A DNA stretch of 64,000 bases from Acidimicrobiia bacterium (GTDB lineage: Bacteria; Actinomycetota; Acidimicrobiia; Spongiisociales; Spongiisociaceae), in NCBI GenBank assembly GCA_965231815.1, contig OZ246890.1:2577388-2641387 (forward strand), read 5' to 3'. Numbering within the stretch: the first letter of the stretch is position 1; the number at the start of each line of letters is the position of its first letter. This document shows positions 9,749 to 19,253 of this stretch, piece after piece. The notes below the pieces were generated by a model. That model did no database searches and was not told where the DNA came from. It saw only the letters and a program-made list of their open reading frames with translations. Both the position numbers and the translations under genes were made by a program.

Positions 9749-10909
9749 ATGAGAGCTACCGGGAACAAGCTCGCCGCGGGGTTCATCGTGCTGGCCCTAG
9801 CGGGGGTAGCTTGCGCGGACCCCCAGGATGTTGTTACAGGTACCACGGATACCACGGTCCCCATTGTTTACCGAACCGACACCACGGGGATTCCGGCATC
9901 CACCCCTACTCCTGTCGCTTCGACACAGGCAAACGATCAAGTCACCCCCGACTTCAATGGTGACGGCGCGGTAAGGATTGCGGTCGTAACCGAAGGCGCC
10001 CGCGACGATGGCTCCTACTATCAAGCATTGGTAGACCGGGTCGAATCCATTTCGGAACGATCCGGCTACGAGGCCCCCCTCATCGTGGATCTGGTCGACC
10101 CGGCTGATGCTCGCACCGAACTGGAGAACGTAGTAGCTCAGGGCGCCGATGTGATAGCGATCGGATCGAGCAATCTGGCCGACGGTAACGAGGATTTGTT
10201 CCTCGAACACGCACAGATCTTCTGGTATTGCAACTGTGGGTCCGGCTACCAGGACACCCCCGGCCTTCTTCGAAGTACGGATAGCGGTGCTGAATTGGGG
10301 ATCTCCGCCGGATTCGCGACCGGCCTCCTACTCCAGGAGCGGGGCGGCGACCGGGCGGTGTTCCTGGGTTGTTGTGACTTGAACTTCGAAGTGGAGTCAT
10401 TCCTGGCTTTCCGACTCGGCCTGAAACTGGTGGATGAATCCTTCGATGCCGTCTACGCCCCGACCGGCAATTTTCCATTCGACTTCAACAACACGGCCGG
10501 AGCGACCGAAGCCTACAACGCGGCAGTGGCGGAAGGCATGGCGGCGGTCTACCCGTTTCTGGGTGGCGCCCACGTACCGATCGCCCGACTCGCCAACGAC
10601 GACGGTCTTGTGGTCATGACGGCCGGGTCATCCCGGGGTTGCGAACGTGAAGACGTGATCTACGACATCGAGGTCAGGTACGACGCCGGTGACTACCTGG
10701 TACCCATCTTCGATGAGATCCTGAGCGGAACAGCCGAAGAAGGTGGAGCGCGCAAGTTCACGGTCGGTATTGACCCTCAGGTCGGCGCCCGCATCTGCAC
10801 ACCGACCCCGGAACAGGAACAGGCGCTCGCTGATCTGAACGCACGGATCGGATCCGGAGAGTTCGACGACCGGATATCCGAGATTCTGGTTGAGGCTTAC
10901 GGCTTCTAA
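9749..10909 (+). CDS. BMP (Med/PnrA) family ABC transporter substrate-binding lipoprotein
   Basis: Signal peptide plus lipobox (LALAGVAC), Thr/Pro-rich linker, then a BMP-family periplasmic binding fold; followed by ATPase and two permeases. Confidence 0.85.
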   Translation: MRATGNKLAAGFIVLALAGVACADPQDVVTGTTDTTVPIVYRTDTTGIPASTPTPVASTQANDQVTPDFNGDGAVRIAVVTEGARDDGSYYQALVDRVESISERSGYEAPLIVDLVDPADARTELENVVAQGADVIAIGSSNLADGNEDLFLEHAQIFWYCNCGSGYQDTPGLLRSTDSGAELGISAGFATGLLLQERGGDRAVFLGCCDLNFEVESFLAFRLGLKLVDESFDAVYAPTGNFPFDFNNTAGATEAYNAAVAEGMAAVYPFLGGAHVPIARLANDDGLVVMTAGSSRGCEREDVIYDIEVRYDAGDYLVPIFDEILSGTAEEGGARKFTVGIDPQVGARICTPTPEQEQALADLNARIGSGEFDDRISEILVEAYGF

Positions 10910-11596
10910 GGGGGTACCAAGAGATGATCTTGCGGGGTTCACAGTCCGGCAAACCAGGTCGATGCTCTGTGTACAGGGCACGAACCCCTTACTGCGGCCT
11001 TCTCCGGCATCCACCGGGTGTCCTGAGTCGGGGCTTCGTTGAGGATCGGGGTAACCATCCGGGTGCTCCGGCAGGATCGGGAGTCCGAGAACGCGAAAAT
11101 CGCCGGAACGGTTATCTCCAAACAGGGCCCGCCCCCGCCTCCACCTCCGAGGTCTCCCGAACGCGACCCGCCGAACCCCGTAGCCGGGGGGAGGCGGTCG
11201 AAATGTCCGCGAGTGATGATCCCTGCCCCGGTTCGTTCGGTACCGAACAACCCGAACCGGTGGTGTTTAAGGCTATCTACCATTATGCATCCAGGGTGGG
11301 ACACTTCCAGACCCCGACACCCCGGAAACCAACGGCCCCTTCCGGAACATGCAGGCTGGTTGGATCAAGTCCCTATCCCCGAGACGAGCCCTCCCACGAG
11401 ACAAGCGAACTAACGATTCAGCGCTGTCTTGAGGGAGAAAGCTCACACCGGTGACGATGGATCGTTTGTTCCCCGTTGCCCGAGCCGCGTCGCCTCGGGC
11501 GCCTGCCGGCCGGCGTTTCGGGTCCATCTCGCCCGAGCGGGGAGGTGGGGGCTCGCGGGAACGACGGAGAGTTTTCGAAACTCTCTTTCCGGGCGG

Positions 11597-13180
11597 ATGA
11601 CCGCAGGGAGTGGCCGCGACCTGCCGGTTCTCGAACTCGTCGGAATCACCAAGCGGTACGGGGAGGTAGTAGCCTGCGACCGGGTCGATCTGTCCCTCCA
11701 CGCCGGTGAGATCCACGGGATTCTGGGGGAGAACGGCGCCGGAAAGTCCACCCTGCTGAGCTTGATGTTCGGTCTCGTTACCCCCGAGTCGGGGCTGGTG
11801 AAGATCGACGGGAAACCTCGGATCATCGCAGATCCGATGGAGGCCGGCAGGTGGGGGATCGGCATGGTTCATCAGCACTACAGCCTGGTGGATGCCCTCA
11901 CGGTGTGGGAAAACGTTGCTTTGGGAGAGGCGGGCCGGTTCGAACCTGACACGACCCGAGATCGCATCAGACGGATCTCGACCCGCTACGGGCTTGCTGT
12001 AGATCCTGACGCACCGGTTCGCGACCTTCCGGCCGGAATCCGCCAGCGGGTGGAGATCATCAAGTGCCTGAGTCACAATCCTCGAATAATCCTGCTGGAT
12101 GAACCCACATCGGCTCTTACCCCGTATGAGTCCGAGGAGCTGTTCGAGGTGCTGGCCGAGGGCGCTCGATCCGAATCCTGGGCGGTCGCGCTGGTCAGCC
12201 ACAAACTAGATGAGGTGCTCCGGGCGACCCACCGGATCAGCGTCATGCGCGGAGGCCGGGTAGTGGAAGGGATGATGACCGACGCAACCGATGTACCTTC
12301 GTTAGCTCGGGCGATGGTGGGGAGGCCGGTGTCTTTGCGAACCGTGACCACTACCCGGGGGGCCCGGACCTTCCGGAGCCGGAGAGTCGATAACGAACCC
12401 AACCATTCGCCCGCGAACGAGCCACCCATGTTGCGTATCGCTCATGCATCCGTCAGAGGCGCTGATCGGGGCATGCTTCTCAACGATCTGTCGGTCGAGG
12501 TTCGGTCTGGCGAGATAGTGGGGGTGGCCGGTGTCGAAGGGAACGGACAGACCGCGGTAGCCGACGTCCTGGCCAGCTTGCTCCCGCTGGGCAACGGTGA
12601 GGTCGAAGTGGATGGACAACACATCCCTACCGGTGTCGCCGGTGCGATGGCGGAAGCGGGGGTAGCTGTGATACCGGCGGATCGCCACCGCTCAGGGTGC
12701 GTACCGGAGATGACCCTCTCCGAAAACCTGATGATTCCACTCCTCGATCGAATGAAGCGGTTGGGTTTTCTGCGGCGGGAGCGAATCAAACGCAATGCCG
12801 AGCGCCTCGTCAAGGAATACGGAATCATTGCCCCCGGTGTCGACGTGCCCCTAGACCATCTGTCCGGCGGCAACCAGCAGCGGGTTGTGATAGCTCGTAC
12901 CCTTGCCGCATCTCCCAAGGTTGTGGTAGCCCACCAGCCGACCAGAGGTCTCGACGTGGGCGCCATCGAATACGTAGCAGATCGGCTACGAGATGCGGCA
13001 AGAGAAGGCATAGCCATCCTGCTTCTGTCTACCGATCTGCGCGAGATCTCGGCCCTTGCTGACCGGGTCGTGGTGATCCACCGGGGCGCCATTGTCGGAG
13101 AAATGGCCGGAGACGGTATAGACATGTCTCGTTTGGGCCTTCTGATGGGTGGCATGGGTGAGCCTGAGGGCCCCTCGTGA
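11597..13180 (+). CDS. ABC transporter ATP-binding protein with two NBDs (BMP-type importer)
   Basis: GENGAGKST Walker A and a second NBD (GVEGNGQ…LSGGNQQR); start placed at ATG 11597 (MTAGSG…); the ORF-track upstream extension has no protein-like composition. Confidence 0.9.
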   Translation: MTAGSGRDLPVLELVGITKRYGEVVACDRVDLSLHAGEIHGILGENGAGKSTLLSLMFGLVTPESGLVKIDGKPRIIADPMEAGRWGIGMVHQHYSLVDALTVWENVALGEAGRFEPDTTRDRIRRISTRYGLAVDPDAPVRDLPAGIRQRVEIIKCLSHNPRIILLDEPTSALTPYESEELFEVLAEGARSESWAVALVSHKLDEVLRATHRISVMRGGRVVEGMMTDATDVPSLARAMVGRPVSLRTVTTTRGARTFRSRRVDNEPNHSPANEPPMLRIAHASVRGADRGMLLNDLSVEVRSGEIVGVAGVEGNGQTAVADVLASLLPLGNGEVEVDGQHIPTGVAGAMAEAGVAVIPADRHRSGCVPEMTLSENLMIPLLDRMKRLGFLRRERIKRNAERLVKEYGIIAPGVDVPLDHLSGGNQQRVVIARTLAASPKVVVAHQPTRGLDVGAIEYVADRLRDAAREGIAILLLSTDLREISALADRVVVIHRGAIVGEMAGDGIDMSRLGLLMGGMGEPEGPS

Positions 13181-14286
13181 CAACTGTTCGGTCGCTACTG
13201 GAGGATCGGTTAGACACTCGAACCGGCCTGCTGCTGTATCTATCAAGCATTACCGGAACAATGATCCTTTCCGCCGGCCTCGTTGCCGTCACCGGCGGTT
13301 CCTGGAGTCGGGTGTTCAGCGCCCTACTGGAAGGAGCGTTATTCGGCGCCGGACGCTGGGGGAACACCCTCACCATCGCCACACCGGTACTGCTCGTGTC
13401 GCTCGGCATGGTCGTAGGGGTTAAGGCCGGATTCTTGAATATCGGCCAGGAGGGCCAGCTATTGGTGGGGGCCTTGGTGATGTCATATGTAGGGACCAAG
13501 CTGGTCGGCCCCGCACCCTTACTTCTGACCGCAGGGTTATTGCTAGGGGCGGTGGCCGGAGGCGCCTACGCAGGAGTAGCGGCGTGGATGCGCTTCCGGC
13601 GGGGGGTTCCCGAGGTTATCTCCACCTTGCTGCTGGTGTTCGTCGCCTTCCAGATGGTCGGGTTCGCGATCACTACTGATTGGCTACTACGCGATCCAGA
13701 TCCGGACCGGCCCAGCCAAGCAGTCTCGAGCGCGGCCCTCCCGGCGCATGTTCGCCTGCCCATGATCACCATATTCGGCAACGAGTTCCATATCGGGTTG
13801 CTGATCTCGCTCGCCGCAGCCGGCGTCGTAGCCTTCCTCCTGGTCAGAAGCGTGGCCGGTTTCAAGCTCCGCTTGCTGGGATCCAGCCCGAACGTCGCTC
13901 AACAAGCCGGGGTAGCGGTAGCCAAAGCCGGAAGCGTGGCTCTGTTCCTGTCCGGGGCGTTTGCGGGGTTGGCCGGTTCGATCATGTTGGCGGGTGGGGC
14001 GTCCGGCGCGCGGCTCACCTCCGGATTCTCATCCGATATCGGTTGGCAAGGTCTGCTCGTGGCGCTGGTGGCCCGTAACAGGCCCTTGGTGTGCATTCCG
14101 GTGGCTCTGGTGTTTGCGGGGCTCAGGACGGGGTCGGGGTTCCTGGCCGGAACCGGGGTGGACCGCAAGGTCGTTGACGTCATACAGGCTTTGCTGGTGC
14201 TTGCCTTGCTCATACCACCGGCGGTGCGGTTTCTGCTGGAACGGCGCCGGGCAATTGTCCGGAATCGACCGGGAGGGCTTGGATGA
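13177..14286 (+). CDS. ABC transporter permease (BMP-type)
   Basis: Multi-TMS; GTG start overlapping the upstream stop (GTGA); the next gene start overlaps its stop. Confidence 0.85.
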   Translation: MTTVRSLLEDRLDTRTGLLLYLSSITGTMILSAGLVAVTGGSWSRVFSALLEGALFGAGRWGNTLTIATPVLLVSLGMVVGVKAGFLNIGQEGQLLVGALVMSYVGTKLVGPAPLLLTAGLLLGAVAGGAYAGVAAWMRFRRGVPEVISTLLLVFVAFQMVGFAITTDWLLRDPDPDRPSQAVSSAALPAHVRLPMITIFGNEFHIGLLISLAAAGVVAFLLVRSVAGFKLRLLGSSPNVAQQAGVAVAKAGSVALFLSGAFAGLAGSIMLAGGASGARLTSGFSSDIGWQGLLVALVARNRPLVCIPVALVFAGLRTGSGFLAGTGVDRKVVDVIQALLVLALLIPPAVRFLLERRRAIVRNRPGGLG

Positions 14287-15218
14287 GTAACTTCCTGGAT
14301 GCATCCATAGACGTCCTGGCCAACCCGACCATCTACGGGAGTGCGATCCGCCTGGGCGCCTTCCTGGCCTTCGCCGCGTTGGGAGAACTCGTGGCCGAGA
14401 AGGCCGGGACGATCAACATCTCGGTCGAAGGCTCGCTGCTGGCAGGGGCTTTCGGGGCAGCCATTACTTCGAGTGTCGTCGGTTCTGTCTGGGTAGGCCT
14501 GGCATTCGGAGCCGTAACCGGGGTTCTGGTGGCCCTGGTTCAGGCGAACATGAGCCACCGGTTACAGGCCGACCAGTTCGTGGTAGGAATCACGTTGAAT
14601 ATCTTGGTGCTCGGCCTGGTCGGATACCTTCACGCGATCATCGATCCGGTCCCTGATCGAGCAGCCGTGCTGAAGATACCGGTCCTCTCCGAGATCCCCC
14701 TGCTCGGCCCGGCCCTGTTCGGCCAGACCTGGCCGACCTATCTGCTATATCCGTTGATCCCGCTTACCTGGTGGCTCCTGTACCGCACCAGGTTGGGTCT
14801 CGAGATTCGTTCGGTGGGCGAGAACCCGCAGGCTGCGGATGTGTCCGGTGTGCATGTCAACAAGCGACGGCGCCAGGCGATCTACTACGGTGGCCTGCTC
14901 GCCGGGCTGGGTGGAGCGTTTCTAGTCCTCGGGCAAGTTGGCAGCTTCGATCCGGGCTCGGTGGGAGGGCGTGGATTCATCGCCATCGCCGCAGTCTACT
15001 TCGGAGGTTGGACCCTCCGGGGAACGCTTCTCGGCGCTCTCGTGTTCGGCCTGGCTGATGCCTTCCGCCTGGCGGTGCCGGTGCTCGGCTACCAGATCAA
15101 CGCCCAGCTGCTGGCTGCCTTGCCCTACCTGCTCACCCTGGTAGTGATGTACTTCATTACCCGACGGCTCCGCCAACCGGGCGGCTTGGCCAGGCCGTTC
15201 GTCCGTGGCCTCCGGTGA
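14283..15218 (+). CDS. ABC transporter permease (BMP-type, second subunit)
   Basis: Multi-TMS; ATGA overlap with the preceding permease stop. Confidence 0.85.
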   Translation: MSNFLDASIDVLANPTIYGSAIRLGAFLAFAALGELVAEKAGTINISVEGSLLAGAFGAAITSSVVGSVWVGLAFGAVTGVLVALVQANMSHRLQADQFVVGITLNILVLGLVGYLHAIIDPVPDRAAVLKIPVLSEIPLLGPALFGQTWPTYLLYPLIPLTWWLLYRTRLGLEIRSVGENPQAADVSGVHVNKRRRQAIYYGGLLAGLGGAFLVLGQVGSFDPGSVGGRGFIAIAAVYFGGWTLRGTLLGALVFGLADAFRLAVPVLGYQINAQLLAALPYLLTLVVMYFITRRLRQPGGLARPFVRGLR

Positions 15219-15244
15219 ATCCGGCCGAACCGCCGAGTTGAGAT

Positions 15245-15270
15245 AACCCCGACTATTCATGATGGGGGTT
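15245..15270. repeat. conserved-loop hairpin element (copy in reverse orientation): AACCCCGACTATTCATGATGGGGGTT
   Basis: Near-identical to the reverse complement of the motifs at 24806-24835 and 42666-42700; sits just after the permease stop. Confidence 0.5.
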
Positions 15271-15551
15271 TGACAGATAAGTGCCGCATGCCACGATCAC
15301 GCCCCTGACCAGGCAATCCAGCTATCAGCGTTTCCCGTCCCCGGTCCGGTGTGGAGAGTCACCTGCAGGGGTGAGCGCCGGGTTTATCCTGATATTTATG
15401 TTGAACCGGCGTTACATGCATTGGTCTGCGGGAAACCTGACTAATCAGGGTTAACATCAGGGGACCTTGTTCTCCTACCACCCCCGAGTTATCGAGCGTT
15501 ACCCGACCATACGGGCCGGGTTGGTCCACGCCGTCGGACTCTCCAACGGTC

Positions 15552-15669
15552 CTAGGAGGGTACTGAGAAACCCCGCACAAAGGGGTTCAGCCGTTAACCC
15601 GCAACTCTCTGACCAGGCGCTTTACCGACCACCGAACCCCGAAAGACTCGTTTTCCAGGACTCTCCTAG
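15552..15669 (+). repeat. ~118-bp MITE-like intergenic repeat, copy A (TIR CTAGGAGGG…CTCTCCTAG)
   Basis: Shares >85% identity with the four other copies; internal hairpin AAACCCCGNACAAAGGGGTT; generates the spurious peptide RNPAQRGSAVNPQLSDQA. Confidence 0.85.
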
Positions 15670-16336
15670 CAACGATGAACTCGCAGCTGAGTTCCGAACT
15701 CAGCAGGCCGCCACACGTTCGGAGATCGGTGATGGTTCACTCTCCGCCATCCCGTCTGTAGCGGCGTGGCGGAGGGCGTTCTCCGGGTTCGGTGTCAAAC
15801 CCACCCAATACCGCAACGCCGCCGAGGCGCTTCTCCGCCGCCTCACCAAACACGGTGCCATACCGTCGATCAACCAGTTGGTGGACATTGCCAACCTGGT
15901 ATCCATCCGGTACCGACTTCCCGTGGCGGCGTTAGATCAGTCGCGAGTGCACGGCGCCACTATGGTGCGCTTCGCCGACGGTACCGAAAGATTCACTGAT
16001 CTGGGGAGCCGCCGGGTCGTTGCACCCGAACCCGGCGAAGTCATCTTCGTGGACGATGCTGGTGTGGTCAGTGCCCGCCGCTGGTGCTGGCGCCAGAGCA
16101 AAGAGAGCGCAACCGGTCCGGAAACTGTCGAAGCCCTATTCACGGTGGAAGGTCACCATCCTGCAGCAGAGTCCGAGGTTACGTCTGCGATCCGGGATCT
16201 GGGCTATCTGCTCGGGCGATTCCAACCGGACGCTCAGGTCGAAATGGACTTGCTATCCCCGGAGCATCCGAGGTTCGAGTCTGCACGACGATCCGGAACT
16301 GTTACCGATCACAAGAACATGCCCATTCAGGGCTAA
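15670..16336 (+). CDS. B3/4 domain-containing protein (start codon uncertain; N-terminus abuts or overlaps repeat A)
   Basis: AAWRRAFSGFGVKPTQYRNAAEALLRR matches the B3/4 (PheT-like) domain family signature; ~220 aa downstream of the repeat. Confidence 0.55.
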
Positions 16337-16370
16337 ACTCTGCAAAGTACTGCACGACGAATAGGAGCAT

Positions 16371-16877
16371 TTGATGGGCCTAACCGAGCGGATGGAGAAT
16401 GCGCTTAACGAGCAGATCACCCACGAGTTAGGCGCCTCGCTTGCCTATCTACAGATGGCGGCTCACTTCGAAGCTGACGATAGGCCGGGCATGTCGCAGT
16501 GGATGAGTACCCAGTCCGCCGAGGAACGTGAACATGCCCAAATGTTCATCGATTTCGTCCTGGCACGGGATGGACGGGTCGAGATCGGAGCTATACCGAG
16601 CCCGGTCAGCAAGTTCGATAACCCCGCCCATGTTTTCGAGGAGGCGCTACGCAGCGAGCAGCGCATGAGTGAACGTATCCGCCGTCTGTACAGGCTCGCT
16701 AACGACTTGGGCGACATCGATAGCCTGCCCTTCCTCCAAGTGTTTCTAAACGAGCAGATCGAAGAGGAGTCCTTGGTAGGAGGGATTTGTGAGCGGCTGC
16801 AACGCCTTGAGGGTAACGAGATCGGACTCGCTCTCATCGAGCAGGAACTCGGATCAAGAACAGCTGAGGTCGAGTAA
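16371..16877 (+). CDS. ferritin (non-heme bacterial ferritin family)
   Basis: 168 aa; NEQITHELGASLAYLQMAAHF…EEREHAQMFIDF…EALRSEQRMSERI aligns with ferroxidase-centre residues of bacterial ferritin (FtnA-like); AGGAG RBS. Confidence 0.85.
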   Translation: MMGLTERMENALNEQITHELGASLAYLQMAAHFEADDRPGMSQWMSTQSAEEREHAQMFIDFVLARDGRVEIGAIPSPVSKFDNPAHVFEEALRSEQRMSERIRRLYRLANDLGDIDSLPFLQVFLNEQIEEESLVGGICERLQRLEGNEIGLALIEQELGSRTAEVE

Positions 16878-16917
16878 CGGAACAATGTGACCCCTCCCGG
16901 CGGGGACAGGGTTGGGG

Positions 16918-17937
16918 CTAATCGTCTCCGGCCGCGAAGGCTATCGCGGGGGGGCCTGAATAGGACACCGAAACGTGGTCGCCTCGCGAAAACACCGGAG
17001 CAGCGATTGCCCTGGCCACAATGGTCGCCCCGTTCATCGCCATCCGGTAGGACGTGTCGTGCCCGTAGAACTCCACCGCTGATACTACGGCGCCGTTCCC
17101 GCGATTGACGGCTAGATGTTCAGGGCGTACGACCACTCGACATGGCCCCTTCTTGGGTTCGACAAGGCGGACATCCCCCACCAGCGTGGTGGCATGCCCG
17201 TTGGCTGCCATGCCCGGCAATACGTTGGCCTCCCCCAGGAAGGAGGCAACCCAAGGGGAGACAGGACGGTGATAAACCTCCGACGGCTTGCCGACTTGCA
17301 CGATCAACCCGTCGCGCATTATCGCCACTCGATCACCCATCACAAAGGCCTCTTCCTGGTCGTGGGTGACGAAGATCGAGGTCATTCCCACCGCTCGCAT
17401 CAGGGCGGCCACATCGGATCGAACCTGGGTCCGCAGCCCGGAATCGAGATTGGAAAAGGGCTCGTCAAACAACAACACCCTCGGTCGGGGAGCGAGCGCT
17501 CGGGCGATCGCTACCCGCTGCGCCTGGCCACCGGATAGTTCATAAGGGTACCGATCGCCTAAGTGCGACAGACCAACCAACTCCAAGGTCTCCGACACCC
17601 GTCCGTGACTAATGGCGATCTTGTCAAGGCCGAACGCCGCGTTCCTAGCCACCGTCAGGTGTGGGAACAGAGCCCAATCCTGGAAGACCATCCCGATCCG
17701 CCTTCGTTCGGGAGGGACGAACGTTCTAGCATCGGCCAGAACCCTATCCGCCACCGTAACCGTGCCGTTATCCGGAACCTCCAATCCGGCTAGGACCCGC
17801 AGCAGAGTAGTTTTTCCGCAACCGCTCGGACCGAGCAGCGCCAGAGACTCACCTTGTTCCATAGCAAGATCCATGCCACCCAACGCCGTTGTGCCGTTGA
17901 ATCGCTTGACAATCTCGCTTGCATCCAAGTATGGCAT
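16918..17937 (-). CDS. ABC transporter ATP-binding protein, FbpC/PotA-like with C-terminal TOBE domain (no cognate permease or SBP adjacent)
   Basis: GPSGCGKTT Walker A, LSGGQAQRVAIARAL signature, C-terminal TOBE-like beta region; convergent with ferritin. Confidence 0.85.
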   Translation of the reverse strand: MPYLDASEIVKRFNGTTALGGMDLAMEQGESLALLGPSGCGKTTLLRVLAGLEVPDNGTVTVADRVLADARTFVPPERRRIGMVFQDWALFPHLTVARNAAFGLDKIAISHGRVSETLELVGLSHLGDRYPYELSGGQAQRVAIARALAPRPRVLLFDEPFSNLDSGLRTQVRSDVAALMRAVGMTSIFVTHDQEEAFVMGDRVAIMRDGLIVQVGKPSEVYHRPVSPWVASFLGEANVLPGMAANGHATTLVGDVRLVEPKKGPCRVVVRPEHLAVNRGNGAVVSAVEFYGHDTSYRMAMNGATIVARAIAAPVFSRGDHVSVSYSGPPAIAFAAGDD

Positions 17938-18254
17938 AAGGGTCCTCGGTCTGGGGGCCTTCCTAGAGCCTACGGTTATAACTCACAGTTACCTTGCCCC
18001 GAGTATTAGGGTAGCCTAATAGAACGCCGCATAGGCTCGGTCACGCCGAGGCTTACGTTATCGGCGCACCTCTGCAAGGGCGCCCCCGGTATCCCTCCTA
18101 GACTTCCCGGTCATGCCCTCCGGACTTCAAGTATCTATCGACATCCGATAGACTTCTGTCTCACCGGGGAGCCTCTTGCTAGTTGGTACTGGCAACTTGA
18201 GATACAGACACTTCTAGAACGGTGTCTGCGGAAACTACGATGGGGTGGTAAACA

Positions 18255-19253
18255 GTGCCAAACATCGACAACATCATTGAAGCTAGTGGGCTAGTCAAGC
18301 GTTACGGCGAAGTGGTCGCGCTAGACGGGCTCGACCTCTCAGTTCGTGAGGGGAGCATAGTTGCGCTCCTGGGACCTAACGGAGCAGGCAAGACTACCGC
18401 CGTATCCATCCTCACCACTCTTCTCGAACCGGACGAAGGCTCTGCAACGGTTGCCGGCGTCGATGTACTAAGCGATCCGGCCGAAGTGCGGAAGTTGATC
18501 GGCCTGTCCGGCCAGTACGCAGCGGTCGACGAACACCTGACCGGGTTCGAAAACCTGGACATGATCGGTCGCCTCTACCGGCTAGGGCGAAAGCGATCCA
18601 AGACCCGAGCCCGAAAGCTGCTGGAACGGTTCGATCTCACCGATGCCGCCGACCGGCCCGTCAAGACGTATTCGGGCGGAATGCGACGCCGTTTGGATCT
18701 GGCCGGAGCTTTGGTGGCCGAGTCGCCCGTGTTGTTCCTGGATGAGCCGACGACCGGTTTGGATTTGCCCAGCCGCCAGGAACTGTGGCGGATAATCCGT
18801 GATCTTGTCAAACGTGGCGCCACCCTCCTCCTTACTACCCAGTATCTGGAGGAGGCTGATCGGTTGGCCGATGACGTGCTGGTGATCGACCACGGAAAGG
18901 CGATCGCTCAGGGAACTTCCGACGAGCTGAAGGACCTTGTGGGAGGTGAACGCCTCGAGGTGAAGGTGACCGATGTCGCTTATCTCCCGGCCGCCCGCGA
19001 AATACTGAGCAGGGTCGCAGTCGGTGAACTCCAGGATGACGAGCGTCCCAGAGTCATCGTGGCGCCGGTCTCGGGAGGGGCGCCGGTCTTGGCCGGAGTC
19101 CTAGCTGACCTCGAGGTAACGAACGTCCAGGTCAGCGATGTTGTGTTGCGTCGTCCTACTCTCGACGATGTGTTCCTCGTGCTTACCGGTAACGCAACCC
19201 GGGTAGTAGAGGAAGGCGCCAAACCGACCGCTAGGGGAGGAGGGGCGGCATGA
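18255..19253 (+). CDS. ABC-2 type transporter ATP-binding protein (DrrA-like)
   Basis: GPNGAGKTT, YSGGMRRRL signature and ~100-aa C-terminal extension typical of DrrA-family; GTG start. Confidence 0.85.
   Translation: MPNIDNIIEASGLVKRYGEVVALDGLDLSVREGSIVALLGPNGAGKTTAVSILTTLLEPDEGSATVAGVDVLSDPAEVRKLIGLSGQYAAVDEHLTGFENLDMIGRLYRLGRKRSKTRARKLLERFDLTDAADRPVKTYSGGMRRRLDLAGALVAESPVLFLDEPTTGLDLPSRQELWRIIRDLVKRGATLLLTTQYLEEADRLADDVLVIDHGKAIAQGTSDELKDLVGGERLEVKVTDVAYLPAAREILSRVAVGELQDDERPRVIVAPVSGGAPVLAGVLADLEVTNVQVSDVVLRRPTLDDVFLVLTGNATRVVEEGAKPTARGGGAA

Noticed and set aside
11273-12202. 309-aa ORF on the minus strand (and several 60-180 aa ORFs at 10924-11454) overlapping the ABC ATPase gene and the upstream gap
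   Set aside because: Antisense to a strongly supported ABC ATPase. Arg/Pro/Gly-rich composition typical of high-GC spurious frames, no RBS, no recognisable motif.
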